Source: Lama glama
Taxonomy: Eukaryota
Length of the DNA: 64,000 nt
Direction of reading: 5' to 3'
Assembly (NCBI GenBank): GCA_028534125.1
Contig: CM052816.1
Location: 65,350,001-65,414,000 of the forward strand
In this document: piece after piece, positions 37,751 to 50,150 of the stretch
Numbering within the stretch: the first letter of the stretch is position 1
How the letters are laid out: every line of letters begins with the position of its first letter
Program-made: the position numbers and the translations under genes
The notes under the pieces: generated by a model
Database searches by the model: none
Seen by the model: only the letters and a program-made list of their open reading frames with translations
Told to the model about the DNA's origin: nothing

Positions 37751-39093
37751 CGTCTTTCAACTAGATTGTATTAATTCATTTACTGAAATAAGGCTCGTTG
37801 TGCCATTTAAAATGCGAGGACCACCTGGTTATGTATTAGCATTTTAGATCCTTTTCTGAGAGCAGGTTTTGATCGGGAGGTAGAACTTGACAGCTGGAAG
37901 AGAGTTTCGAGATGGGCAATGGTAACAGGATCAAGAAGTCCCACCCACTAAAGACTCTGCCTCCTTTGGCGTATTAGAGAGGAGAACCCCAGCACTGCTG
38001 CTGAAATTGCAAAGTGAACTACTTATCTAAGAGGGTGTTCACTGATTACAAGCTACTGGTGACTATTAACCTGTGAAATTGTGTTTACAGTTCACAAATC
38101 TGTTTGATTTTCACAAACCTTACTGGGGAACATCGCTCAGCCAACACTTTCTTCGCCTAAAGGGTATGATCAAAGAGCATGAAGCATGACAAATGAATAT
38201 TTAGCTTTTGCATTTGGCGTTTACAAAGGGTAATGTTTCACAAGTTGATACATTGATCTTCCTCGGGACTCCACACCACCTCTGAATTCCATGTACAACT
38301 TTGCAGGACTGGTTGTCAAATTAAAATATAATCATTCCAATTCAAATAGATTCCTGTACAGTGATCTCATTTTTAAACTTTCATTAATGTAGTTATTCTG
38401 GCGCACTCATTATCATCAATTTCTGTATGTAAAAATGTCAATATTGACCAGCCAATAATATCCTCTAATAATATGTAATAATGATTAGCTGCCTTCCCAC
38501 CGAACCTGCCACTTTTGGTGGGTAAGGTGGAAAGTGGAAGTTGGGGAACATAGCATTAGCTGTTGAAAATAAAGCAAGGAAAACAGGCATTCAATCAAGT
38601 TGTCATTTTTTGATGTTTAAGGTACAGTTTTGTTGTTCTTTTGGTTCCTCTTGTAGTGGGTGGTTTTGTTTATATGCAGAAACATGTATTTGTTATATGG
38701 AGAGGCAGATTGAATGTGGATTTGGTTGTGTCAGAGAAATGCAACTTGGTATTATCAGCATTTAATTCTATTAGGAACGTCTCCAGATCATTTTGATGTA
38801 GAACTTTGTCGTGAAAATATGATTGATTTTTCTCCCTAATTATAAACACTTGCTGGTTTTCTATTAGTTAAGATCTGACATAAAGTTATTTCAGAACTGC
38901 TCCTTCCTGTCTGTCTTGATTCTAACTATTGACTTGGTGTACCAGTTGATACATAAAAGGGAAAATCAGATTGCCTATATTATATGCAGTATTCAATAAC
39001 TATGTAAGGCTTAAACGTAGTAATTTTTCTAATCCTTCATGTGATTTTCCAGAATATTACTTCTGACCTTCTCTTCTACAACCCTGCCTATCT

Positions 39094-39131
39094 CACAGAC
39101 ACACAGACACACACACACACACACACACACA
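39094..39131. repeat. (CA)n microsatellite
   Basis: cacagacacacagacacacacacacac... Confidence 0.95.
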
Positions 39132-41184
39132 CCCCCTACAACCACCACCCTGACTGTGTGGGACAAGATTTCAGAAGAATGGAGTCTGAACTGACCATAA
39201 ATCTCAAACTTACTGCTGGACAGCGCCTGAAGTGGGGACACAGCCACTGGTCAATAATTCCAGCTTTGTAAGCTTCTCTTGACATCCCCAGTGGCTTCTC
39301 AGAAAGTCCTCTCTGAACTTTCCTATTTGGAATTTGAAACTTATTTGAAATTTGACTTAACTTAGCCTACCCACTTCTCTCTAGTTCTCTGTGGTGATAG
39401 ATGCTTCCTCTTTCAAATCCCACTCACTTCAGGGGTGAGAGATAGGTTGGGGGTTCTCCTTTTCCTCCTTTATCTTTTCCGCATTATTCTTCCCTCTCAT
39501 CTTTGGAGGCTGATGTTAAGCTGACTGCCCTTTCTCACTCTTCATGCTCTCGTTCACTGCCTTTCCAGAATCTTCCACATCAGCTAGTCTCCCTTTCTGT
39601 CTTAATTCATTCCAGAAGCCAAGCCATCGATTACCGGAGCCACTTGGTTCCCTGAGCCCTGCACAGGAAGCACCTTCTCTCCTCCACAGCAGCACACTGT
39701 CACCCGTCCATCACTGTCAAAACAGCTCCACTTCCCCAGTCGCAGGTCAGACAGCCTGCTCTCCAGTTGCCACCTGTTTCCCAGTTTAACTGTGCTGCTT
39801 CCTTCTGAGGCTTCTGCTTCTCAAGCCCATCACTGACCCCTCCAGTTGGTCATCCTCATCCTTGCCTTCCTTCAGGCTCCTGCCTCTGCTTCAGTGACCA
39901 TGGGCACATTTTTATCCTTTCTGTATCTTGGTATTCTATTCAGATTTTCTGGGAAGTAACACTTCCTCTAATGAAAGTACTCAGTCATCTCTTTCATTTC
40001 AGAAATGAGAAAGTGAGACACAGAGAAGTGAGGTGACTGCTGTCCAATATTAGTTGGTGACAGAAGTTTCCTAATAACCAATTCAAAGTGCTTTCATAGG
40101 AATACAAACTACCAAACTTTAAAAATATGAAACCATCTTTATATGAGTGTCAGGCTTTTGATATTTCAGGTCTGTTTTTGTAATACTCTAATTTTAAGAA
40201 TTATTGTTAGGTTATTGAAAATCTTATTAATTACATGTATATGTGATTATGTTAATATGTATGTAGTTCTATAACATACACATAATCTCCTACACATATA
40301 GTTGCACATATTCTATAGAAGCAATGGGGACTCATGACCATGAAAGGAATGCCCATTGCTGGTTTAGGCAGTGTATAAACCTAGAGGCAGGGGGTGAAGC
40401 TGCTGACATCTTCAGATGCTTTTGATTCTTTCATCCTGAGGTCATAAAATAGCTTTTTTTTTTAATAGAGCATTTTAATCATGACTCATTTTCCAATTTC
40501 TTTCCTCTCTGATCCCAGCATATTTCCATGAGGCACACTCTGTGCCCGGGTTTCCATGTGGAGCCCGGGGCAGTGATGTCAGTGAGCTGGAAGTCTGGCA
40601 GACTCAAGCAGCAGAAGTCCTCGCCAAGGCACCCAAACATCTTCCTTTGGGGCCATCAGGGCTTGGTAGTTTCTCTTCAGACAAGAGCCACGATGGCCAA
40701 AGCTGACCTCAGGCTTCGTCCTGGACCTTCTGAGTGCTGTTTAATCTTTGGGTCCCACACTCTTCCCTGCCAGACCAACGGTCTCTTCTAGCAGGAAGAT
40801 CCCTGGGATAGGTTGGCTCCCATCACTCTTTGAGCAGCCCCGGAGTCGACTTAAGATGAAAGCCACGTCTTTCCCTACCAATGGCTGCTGTCGGTGTCAT
40901 TTTGCTGTGTGCATGTTTCAGTTTTTCATCACTCTCTGATTTGTCTCACTTGTATCCTTTCCTGGGCTGATCTAGGTTGCAGAGTCACAAGGGTTCATTA
41001 TCAAGGTCCTTCTATTTATCTGATCTACTTTGCAGTTTGCTGCCCTGCATCAGCTCAGCTCTCCAGGGATCATTGTTCCCTTGAGACTAACTACTAGACA
41101 ACCTGTGCTTTCTTCTTGCTCTACTTCTTAAGATTTCCCTTCCACTCTAAGACAGTACATAGCTCAGAGAATGCAGAATCTTGA

Positions 41185-41430
41185 GAAGGCAATATGTAAA
41201 ACCAATCTAAGAGCTTTAGAGCCAGTCAAAGTTGAGTTCAAGTTCAGGCTCTGACTCCAGGATGTAAGCAAGTTCAAGCTGTATAACCTCTCGAAGCCTC
41301 AGTTTTCCCATACTTAATAAGGGAGCTTGTAGCATTTATTGTTCTACCACTGCATCAGATAGGTGCCATGAATCATGAGATAATGCATGTAAAACCCTTG
41401 GCACAGCACCTGGTGCATATGAAACATTTA
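41185..41430 (+). mobile_element. MIR SINE
   Basis: GCTTTAGAGCCAG...GAGTTCAAGTTCAGGCTCTG...TAACCTCTCGAAGCCTCAGTTTTCCCAT...GAGATAATGCATGTAAAACCCTTGGCACAGCACCTGG. Confidence 0.75.
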
Positions 41431-42489
41431 AGAGGCACAGATAACACAAATAACATTTGCTGTGTTATCATTTTTTACAAATAACCAATTCTTTCAGAAA
41501 ATCTTGCCCTTGGCCACCAAACCTGGAAGACAGCAATATTGTTCTTCTCATTTTCCTGGTTTTATGATCACTGGAACAGCCAGTCTGGCCTCACCGTGAC
41601 CATTCTATATGCACATACTAACTTTTAAATTCTATTGATATGGTGAAATTCCCCTCCCCCCTCACCAAAACTAAAAAGTGCTGGTTTTCTGTTCTAGTGT
41701 TTTCTTGACAGGAAGCAATAATTTCTAAATAAAATGCCACTTTTAAACCAATCTCTTAAGAAAAACAGATTATTTTTATTTCTGATCTTTTCTTAATCCA
41801 TTTCAGAAACTCATTCTTTCTCCTTCTTGAAGCAAGTTATTAACCCTTCTGTTTTTAATATACCAAGGCTTCTAGTCAAACCATTGCTGTCCCAAAAGAA
41901 AAGTCCTTTTAGCACGTTTACAGCTTCTTGCCATGTATGCCCTAGCAAATGATGCTACGGGGGTCGTTTCTTAACCATTAAAATGACATATTAAAACACT
42001 TTTATTCTGGAAGATGACTAAGTGGTTTTGAAAATTTCTAGTTAGAAAAGAAAACCTGATTTGTCCATCCATGAACTTGTGAATAAAGAGGAACAGACTG
42101 AAAAGAAAAAAAAAAGAAAAGGAAACATGTTTACCTGCGACCTGAACCCAGCAGAATAAGCAATTCTCACGACTCTCTCTTTTGTACTACTTTATTTATA
42201 CATAAAGTGCAAATACGCTCTTTCCCTTCTTGGTCCTATATTTTGATGGTTTTCAATTTTCTATACGTTCTTTATTTCTTTGTCAGTGTGGGGTATTCTA
42301 ATTTGTTAATGCACGGAGGGCAGCAGATGGCTATGACTAAAATGTGCAGAAGATGGTTGGTAAGTGCTTTCTGGGGATGATGGTTGTGGTGACGATGTTG
42401 ATGACTATGATGATACCTAGTTTAAAGTGATCTTTACTCCCTAATCTTTTCCCCAGGAGTCTCATACCAAATGAGTGTGTTTGTGTTTA

Positions 42490-42494
<5 letters not shown>

Positions 42495-42524
<30 letters not shown>
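42495..42524. repeat. (GT)n microsatellite
   Basis: Uninterrupted GT run. Confidence 0.95.
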
Positions 42525-42527
<3 letters not shown>

Positions 42528-42717
42528 CATTTTTTTAATTTGCAGACATTGCTTTATTGGATGATGATGGGAAGATCAGTTTGAAATGAATAGATGAATT
42601 TTCCGTGCAATTTTTTCATGCTGGATTCCCGGGCTTTTTTAGAGACTACTCATTTAAAAAAATCCAAGTTCACTTTTCCACCTTTCATTTTCTGAGTTTT
42701 ATGTTTCTTTGTTTTAG

Positions 42718-42790
42718 GCTTACAAATAACACAGAAGTTACAGAGAACCCAAAAGATACGAATCTTGTCGCACCCTTAACGGATACTGCT
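42718..42790 (+). other. Candidate 73-nt internal exon (open frame LTNNTEVTENPKDTNLVAPLTDTA)
   Basis: T-rich acceptor TTTTATGTTTCTTTGTTTTAG, donor GCT|GTAAGT; only one of three frames is open (phase 2 in, phase 0 out); three CpGs in 73 nt. Protein not recognised. Confidence 0.45.
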
Positions 42791-45049
42791 GTAAGTGAGA
42801 GGCTGGGAAGCTAAGAAAGGAGGCGCTGGAACACCAGCAGGGAAGCCTCTCTCTCCTCTGGCACTTTTCAGTCCAATTACAGGCAGAAAGATGCGATCTT
42901 TCAGCCTATTATTTGAATTCAAATATAGAAAAGCTCTGTCAGCTCCTTTTTGTGTACTTCTTGCCAATATGAACGAGCCTCATATTAGGTCTTGTACTGA
43001 TGTTTTGGCTGAAGCCGGCTGTGCTTGAAAAACAGTACTTGTCAGGGAACTGAATAAAGACAAGCGCTTGCTAACAGTATGAAACTGAGCCTTTCACATA
43101 TAGGTCCTCTTAGCTCAGGATTTTCCAAAGAAACAAACACTAGGGGAGTTTTCTAAGTTAAAAACAAATGCCACCTTTTCAGGGTGTTTCCAAGAGAGGG
43201 GATGAATTCTTATTGCATATGAGTCCATTAGGTGCACATGACCCCACGCTTATTAGTGGCTTCTTTTGCCCCATTACCTTTTAATTAACAAGGAAAATAC
43301 GAATAACAATTTTTTATAAACTACTTAAATAGAATAGTCAAAATCAAGCAGTTAAGGGATACTTGTATGATTAGATTATTACAGCATTTTTTTTGAAGGG
43401 CTTTCACATGCCTTAACGTAGGCACTGACAAAATGTTTGTGTAGGTAACCGATGATTTTGGATTCTTTTTTTTTTTTTAATGAAATGTGCATCAAAATAA
43501 GGCCAGTAATTTTTTGTAGTTAACCAGAATCTCAAGACTTCTTGCAAAGAGGGTTACTTTTCTTTCTTTGTGGGATCCTTAACAGACTGGAAGCTGTTAC
43601 CACTGGAATGTGGGGGAAACAACTGTGACGTAACAGGAGGCTGCCAGCCTCATACACAGCTGGCTTCAAAGATAATTGGTTACAAAGAGAGTGAGGAAGT
43701 AATCTACATAATTGTGTCAATGTTAAGTAATTTACATAATTGGACGTCTACAAAAATGGATTTTTTCCTAAGTTATTTTAATATAGAAAAATCTAATCTG
43801 CCAACAGTTGACTTTTCAGTAAAGAAACTGATTTTTAAAAAAACCAAAAATGGCATATTCTAATGTGTGCTGTTCTTCAAAATAATATTTTTCCTTGACT
43901 ATATGCTTCAACCCCATTACAACTGCTTGATGTATGTGAGTGTGTATAATGTATAGTGTATGTTTGTGTGTATAACATGGAGTGTATGTGTGTGTGTATT
44001 TATGTGTGACTCCATGCTTTCTGTCACTATGCACTCAAGCCCTAGCTACAGTTGCTTTAGGGCCACACTGTGAACAATATATCTCTCTAGATAGTCTTTA
44101 TATCAGAAGTGCCAAATATATCCTTGTATCAGGGGTGACAAATGTATGTCAAATAAGAATAACTTCTGCTACTCCTGAATCATAAATTTATTTATTTCAA
44201 TATTTTTGGCCCCTGATCTAAGACTAAGCCTAGCGATCTTTCCGAAAGAAGTTTTCCAGACAGCCGTCACCAATGAATCAGAGCTGGCACTGGAAATGTA
44301 GCCTCTTTGCCAACCCTTTTTTAGACATGACTTGCTTTTTACCCAATGTGTGATACTCAGGGCTGTGTCTACTTGGTTCATGGGATCTGATCTTCATACA
44401 GTTCTGATCCTTGGAATCTTTATTAGTGTTACCTACTAGGATGTAGGATAGGGTTAAGTCAATGTTATTTGGCTCTTAAAAGGACTCTTGCTGAGGTTTG
44501 GCAATATTTGTCAATAGAAAGCTTCTCCGGTGTGATGGTCAGGGTAGGAGTTTTGAGTCAGTAGCAAATGAAAGAACCAAGCATATAAAAAATAGTATAT
44601 AGCAGACTCTGAAGACAAATCTTAAGACAAATCCTAAATTTTTTGAGGCATAGATACTTCATTAAAGTAAGAGTCCACCTTCTCTAGATCATTGAAACAT
44701 ATAAAAAGTGTTTCAAAACATTTTCCTTTACATCTCATGTTTCTTCCTGGTTATCTTTAGCATCTGATTATTTCAAGGATCCTTAGCCCTTTATGAAAAT
44801 GAAAAAAAAGAAAGATTTTCTATGATATGTATCTCTGGAAGTTTTAATTTTAGATTTATAGTTTCATATTTTTATGCAATTATCTTTCAGGTTCCATTTT
44901 GCTCTATTTCTAGATTCTTTCCTTTTGTTCCTCTCTTTTCTTTTTGAATTTGAAATTGTTTTAGATCTTTAAAAACCCACTCAGCAGATTTTATTTTTTA
45001 ATTAGGCCTCAAATTATTTTCTTCGTTCTATTTTTTTCTCCTTTCCACT

Positions 45050-45220
45050 TGTTTTTGGTTATTTATTTATTTATTTTATTAAAGTACAATCAATTACAAT
45101 GTGTCAATTTTTGTTAACTGCACAATGTCCCAGTCATGCATATACACATGTACATTCATTTTCGTATTTTTTTCATTCAAGCTTATTACAAGATATTGAA
45201 CATAGCTCCCTGTGCTGTAT
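45050..45220 (-). mobile_element. Short young L1 3' end
   Basis: (TTTA)n tail then AAAGTACAATCAATTACAATGTGTCAATTT...TTATTACAAGATATTGAACATAGCTCCCTGTGCT; similar to 36213-36380. Confidence 0.88.
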
Positions 45221-45824
45221 CCGGTTTTTTGTTTTTGTTTTTTTCTTTTTCACTTTCCTCTACTCTTAGGCAAGCATTTATATTTTCCATTAAGTACATA
45301 GTTTCTCCTAATCGCTATAAACGTTGTGTGAAAATAATAAGTTAACAGATACATTAAGACTTCAACTAACTGTCCTAATACCAGTGGAAATGGCAGAGAT
45401 AATTCCAAGACCCTAATTTTTATTTTAATGTGTTTTTCATATGTACATTTTAATAGGAGCTTTTATGATATTATTTTCCAGCCCCACTATTTCAGATGAA
45501 ACATTGGAGGCATTTGGGGAAGATCAAATTCAGGTTGAATTATTTGGACATTCAGCTGCCCCAGTTTTTTCTGCAGGAGCATCTAGCATCACTTCTCAGC
45601 ATGAGACCAAGCCCTGACCTGCTGCCCCTTTCTGTCCCTGGTTTTCTCTTTCTAAATCATCTTTTCCTGATGAGCATTTTCTGCTGCTAATTTAACATCT
45701 TCTGGCTGGCCAGTAAAATTGAGTGAAGGTCATACAAAGCTGTATAGTGTGTAAACAGACACTGGATAGCTTAATTTATCAGCAATATGCTGCACAGTTG
45801 CACTTGAACGTAAAACTAATAAAG

Positions 45825-45848
45825 ATGACTGAAGATGAATGCGATCAG
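45825..45848 (+). other. Candidate coding part of an alternative first exon (MTEDECDQ)
   Basis: AAGATG (A at -3), 8 codons, then donor CAG|GTAAAA in phase 0; upstream unique sequence includes a TGTAAACA forkhead-like motif. Confidence 0.3.
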
Positions 45849-48685
45849 GTAAAAACATGCTTTAATGATGCTGCAATGCTTAACATTTTCGGGCTGCTGC
45901 AGTAGAATATTTCTTCAGGGATCCTGAACACATTCTTGTGAAATCAATTTTAAGAAAACCTGAGTGGTTGAACACATCAAGAAATTTTGCCTCATGAACT
46001 ACCTTTACTTGTTGACTACTACCTTGTCCTTTCTACAGGGTAGGTGTCTAGTTTCAAGTCAGGAGAATATGCAACTAGCTGTAACTACTATTGCTCACCT
46101 GGCCTTATCTTTTTACCCAGTGTGCCTTGGGCCTGTTGTGGCAGAAACTGACCCTTAAAAAAAAAAAGAGGCCAAAAATCAGTTCAACCGCAGAGGCTAT
46201 CAAAACTTTTCATCTGACCCTAAGTTCAAGTTCAATCAGATGATTTACCTTAAACCTGGATGGGGAACTAACCATATTCCAAAAAATTCAGATTGAATAA
46301 CTTTATAGATGTTTTTGTTTGATTGTTCAGAGTTATTTCCATTAATCTTTTCCTTTGATGTCCATTTCCAGATGCTATTTCTGTTCAGTTGTAATTGTTC
46401 TAAGTGTCGTGTCAGGAAAAGCTCTTAAATGTCCTATCAGTCAGATTATGCAGATAATTTCTCCATTATCTATTCCTATTTGGCACTAATTTGATAATAG
46501 TTCTTCCTTATGTGGATATTTTCCATTTTCGGTTTTTTTTTAAAAAGTAGTCTGTTCTATTTTCCATTTTCCCAGCTTCTACTCCCTTGCTTGGAATTGA
46601 CTTCCGTGTTAAGTGCTATACAGACCTTAAGAAATTGGTTTTTATGATCCATGAAACATTTGGCTTTTGTGTGAAATTATAAGGACTGAAATAGGCTCTT
46701 TGGTACTTCATACTTTTTGAAAATGTTCTCAATTTTCCAATACTCACTATTTTTCTGACTTCAGAGATCAGTAAGAACATGAAGGAGATTAATGTTGCAT
46801 GAATGTTCTTTATGTACACAACTTGGAAGTCTTCAGAGGAAAGAAGCAATATAAATCTTATATTCTATACACAATTTTTGCATGACTCCCTTTTGTAAAC
46901 TTTAGTAAAGCCTAAAACTTTAAAAAGAATATTTGTATAGTATAAAAATTGAGGGTTGAGTATGGACTAGTCATTCATTTTTAATTCATTTTTTCATTTG
47001 AAATGGATACTCCTTGAGTCTTGGCACTCAGCTAATAGTTAGGGACACGTAGGTAGGACACGAAGGTCCAGACTTTATGGAGTGAGGCATCTCCTGGAGA
47101 GAGAGACATGCTTACAGAATCTTAGTAGACGCATGTTCTTTGTTATCTTTCCTTTAAATCTATGTTGGAGGAACACAAATTACCTCCACCCCTGAGTCCC
47201 TCCTATCCATGGGGAAGAGACTGATTTATTGGGCTGATGAAGTAGCAATTTGTTGGTTCAAGTCTTCCACTTGGTTCAAGTTGTGTTTGTGCGTTAGAAG
47301 CCATGGATCATGAGTGATCTTGCTGGCTTTATTCTCACTTCTCACGCTTATCGTCTCCCCTCCTAATGGACCAAGCCCTCAGCACAAGTGGCCTTGCTGT
47401 CTTAATCCTCATTCTCCTGACTCTCAGATGGGTGAGAGGGAAGTATCAATGTACTGTATAACAAATGAGTCCAAGTCCTCTGCAAGAAGCCTCCTCCAGC
47501 TGCTGGGTCTCAGGACTGAGACTTGAGAGGGGGTGTTAGAAAGCCTGATTCTGGCAGCAGGTCTCTACCCTGCTACAGTGGTTGTTAGAGGTTCACGTTG
47601 TGAAACTCACAAGATACAATGACTTCAACCTAACGCTGTATTTGCTTAGCATCAGAAGGATGCAAGACAAGAGAAACCTCAGGTTTCTTCAAGTCATCAG
47701 GTGGCTCAGCACCCACCCAAGTACACAGCTTCTTTTGCTTGCATAGAGTGGGTACCATGGACAAGAGCTAGTGCTTGGGGTCACCTTACCACAGGGAAGC
47801 TGTGTCCTCTGTTTCCATCTAACCTTGCAGAGCTGTTCTAGTTCCAGAAGCCCAGGCTTCCAGGCCACGCTATAGCTCCCCTGCCCAGGTGCAGTGTCAC
47901 CAGCAGACAAGGGGTACACAGCCTCCCACATCTGTCTTCACTCCACGGTTTCTGTCAAAGAACTCTATAAAGCAGATTCTGAGATGATTCTCCCAGGCCA
48001 GCCTGGATCAACCCAGACCTAATCTTAACCCTTTACTCATAGTATTTGATCCACATTTATCAACAACAATGATGATATTTTGATCCATACCTGATGCTTG
48101 TTTTGGTATATGTACCATTTTCTAACCAATGCATCACTGTGGAAGTCTCTGAGGAATCAGTTACACCCCTTTCCCTCTGAATTCAGTACAATTGAGACAC
48201 AACCACTGATATACATGAGCCAGTGTATGTCAGACTTTTTTCCATCTCATCAACCAGGTAAATTAATTGTCTCCCTGTGGAGAGGCCTAAAGTGTTACTC
48301 AAATACTGTTACTAGCCTAGGAGTGGGATCAGGAGTCTCCTCACAGAAACCAAGACAAAGAAAGAGGACATATCTATTTCAAGAGGAGGTTTGATGCTAT
48401 GATAGGACCATCCAAGTGTAGTAGAATCCAAAATGAAGGTGTATCCAGGATACCTGGAGGAGACCCACTTCCCATTGCAGTGAGAATTTGAGCAGAGATG
48501 TGAAGCATGAGTATGATTTTCTAGTGAGATAAACAGAGAGGGTGTTTCATGTAAGGGTTTAGAAGATGCCAACAGGAAACTGAACAATATCGTGGAGATC
48601 GTGGAGACCACAAAAAGACTAGGGACCTCTCCTCCAAATCCATACTTATGTCATGATATCAATAGTTTTCCTCACTCATGATAAC

Positions 48686-48712
48686 TTAGGGTTAGGGTTA
48701 GGGTTAGGGTTA
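48686..48712 (+). repeat. Short interstitial telomeric sequence (TTAGGG)4TTA
   Basis: Four perfect TTAGGG units plus TTA; flanked by TAACTT at 48682-48687 and 48711-48716. Confidence 0.95.
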
Positions 48713-48814
48713 ACTTGTTTACTTAGATCATTTTAAGCCCTTGAAATTGTACGTAAGATAGGTATTCAGTCTTTGCTAAGGAATTCCACAGAGATCTGAG
48801 AATTCTTTGAACTA

Positions 48815-50150
48815 TTCTCTTACTCACGAAATATTTCTTGAGTGTCTGCTGTGTGTCAGACGCTGTTCTTTCTATAAGCACAAGGAAGGCAGCCGTGAAC
48901 AAGACAGGTGAGGTCCCTAACAAGGTCCCTATGCACACAGAGCTTACATTCTAGAGCTGAGTCACTACCAGCCACATGTGGCTGTCGAGCACTTGAAATG
49001 TGGCTGGTCCCAGTGGAGATATACTAGAAGAGTAATGTTCATATTGAATTTCAAAGATTTTATATAAAAGAAAGTGAAGTATCTCAATAACATTTTAACA
49101 TTGGTTACATATTGAAATGATAATATTTTAGTTGAACTGAGTTAAAATAGATCATTAAAATGAATAGTTATTTTGCTTTTACATTGTGGTTACTATCAAA
49201 CTTATAGTCACATGGGTGGATCACATTCCTCTTGGGAAATCCTGCTCTTAAAAGAGAGAGGAGTCAAAATATAAACTAGTTCACAAATGAATGAGCAAGA
49301 CGATTGCTCACAGCGATAAGAGCTATAAGGACAATAAACCTCAGCAGTGCAGTGGAGAGTGGCAGAGACTCTGTTAAATCAATCTGCCAAGGAACGCTTT
49401 TCTGGAAAACAATTTTTGCTGACATGTGGATAATATGCTGAAGCCAGCCAGATGAATTTCTGTAGGAAGAACAGCATTCTAGATAGAGGAACAGCAAAGA
49501 TCCTAAGGAATGGCTTGTCACCTTCAAAAAACCCAGAAGTCCAGTGGGGTTAAGTAGTAATGAGTCAGAAGTGAGATGAGGGGAGGACAGAAAAATAGGC
49601 AGAAGTCAGTTCCTTAAGGAGCTGGCCGACCTGAAAATGAGATGGGATTTATTCCAAGTGCAGTGGGAAACCACAGAAGGGTTCGTGGCCAAATGATATA
49701 AACTAATTTACATTTTTAGAAAGACCTCCCTATCTGCTCAATGGAGAATCAAAGTCAGATGAACAAGAAGGGATGCAGAGACCGGCCATTTCAGTAGTGC
49801 TGGCAAAGGATCCTGATGGTTTGGACTGGGCGTAGCAGGGGGGTGATGCAGAAGTGGAGGGATACTCAAATACTTCCACCTTCCAACTTTCAGAATCTTG
49901 CTGATGGTTTGGATATGAAAGGGAAAGGATGGGGATGGGTGAGGGTTTACTCCTGTTTCTGATGGGAGCTGTAGGTGGTGGTGCCCTTTACCGAGATGAG
50001 GAAATGAAGAGAAGAACCAGTTGAGGGAGAGGTATTTTGTTTTGCTCATGTTAAGACTTAGGTTCCTATTAGAAAGTTAAGTTAGGAGTCATTATAAGTA
50101 TGGAGCTTGGTGGAGAAATTAGAGTAAGAGATGTAGATTTGGGAGGCAGC
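48815..50150 (-). mobile_element. L2 LINE interrupted by MER33
   Basis: AAATATTTCTTGAGTGTCTGCTGTGTGTCAGACGCTG...GAGCTTACATTCTAG; after MER33: AACAGCATTCTAGATAGAGGAACAGCAAAG, GGATTTATTCCAAGTGCAGTGGGAAACCAC, CTTGCTGATGGTTTGGATATG. Confidence 0.8.
48955..49245. mobile_element. MER33 (hAT-Charlie) DNA transposon
   Basis: CCAGCCACATGTGGCTGTCGAGCACTTGAAATGTGGCT...TTACATATTGAAATGATAATATTTT... Confidence 0.8.

Noticed and set aside
40541..40572. Short GC-rich hairpin TGCCCGGGTTTCCA-TG-TGGAGCCCGGGGCA
   Set aside because: The stem is imperfect and too short for a pre-miRNA; no recognisable mature miRNA.
47150..47960. Possible ancient LTR/ERVL-derived segment
   Set aside because: I cannot assign a family or boundaries from sequence alone.
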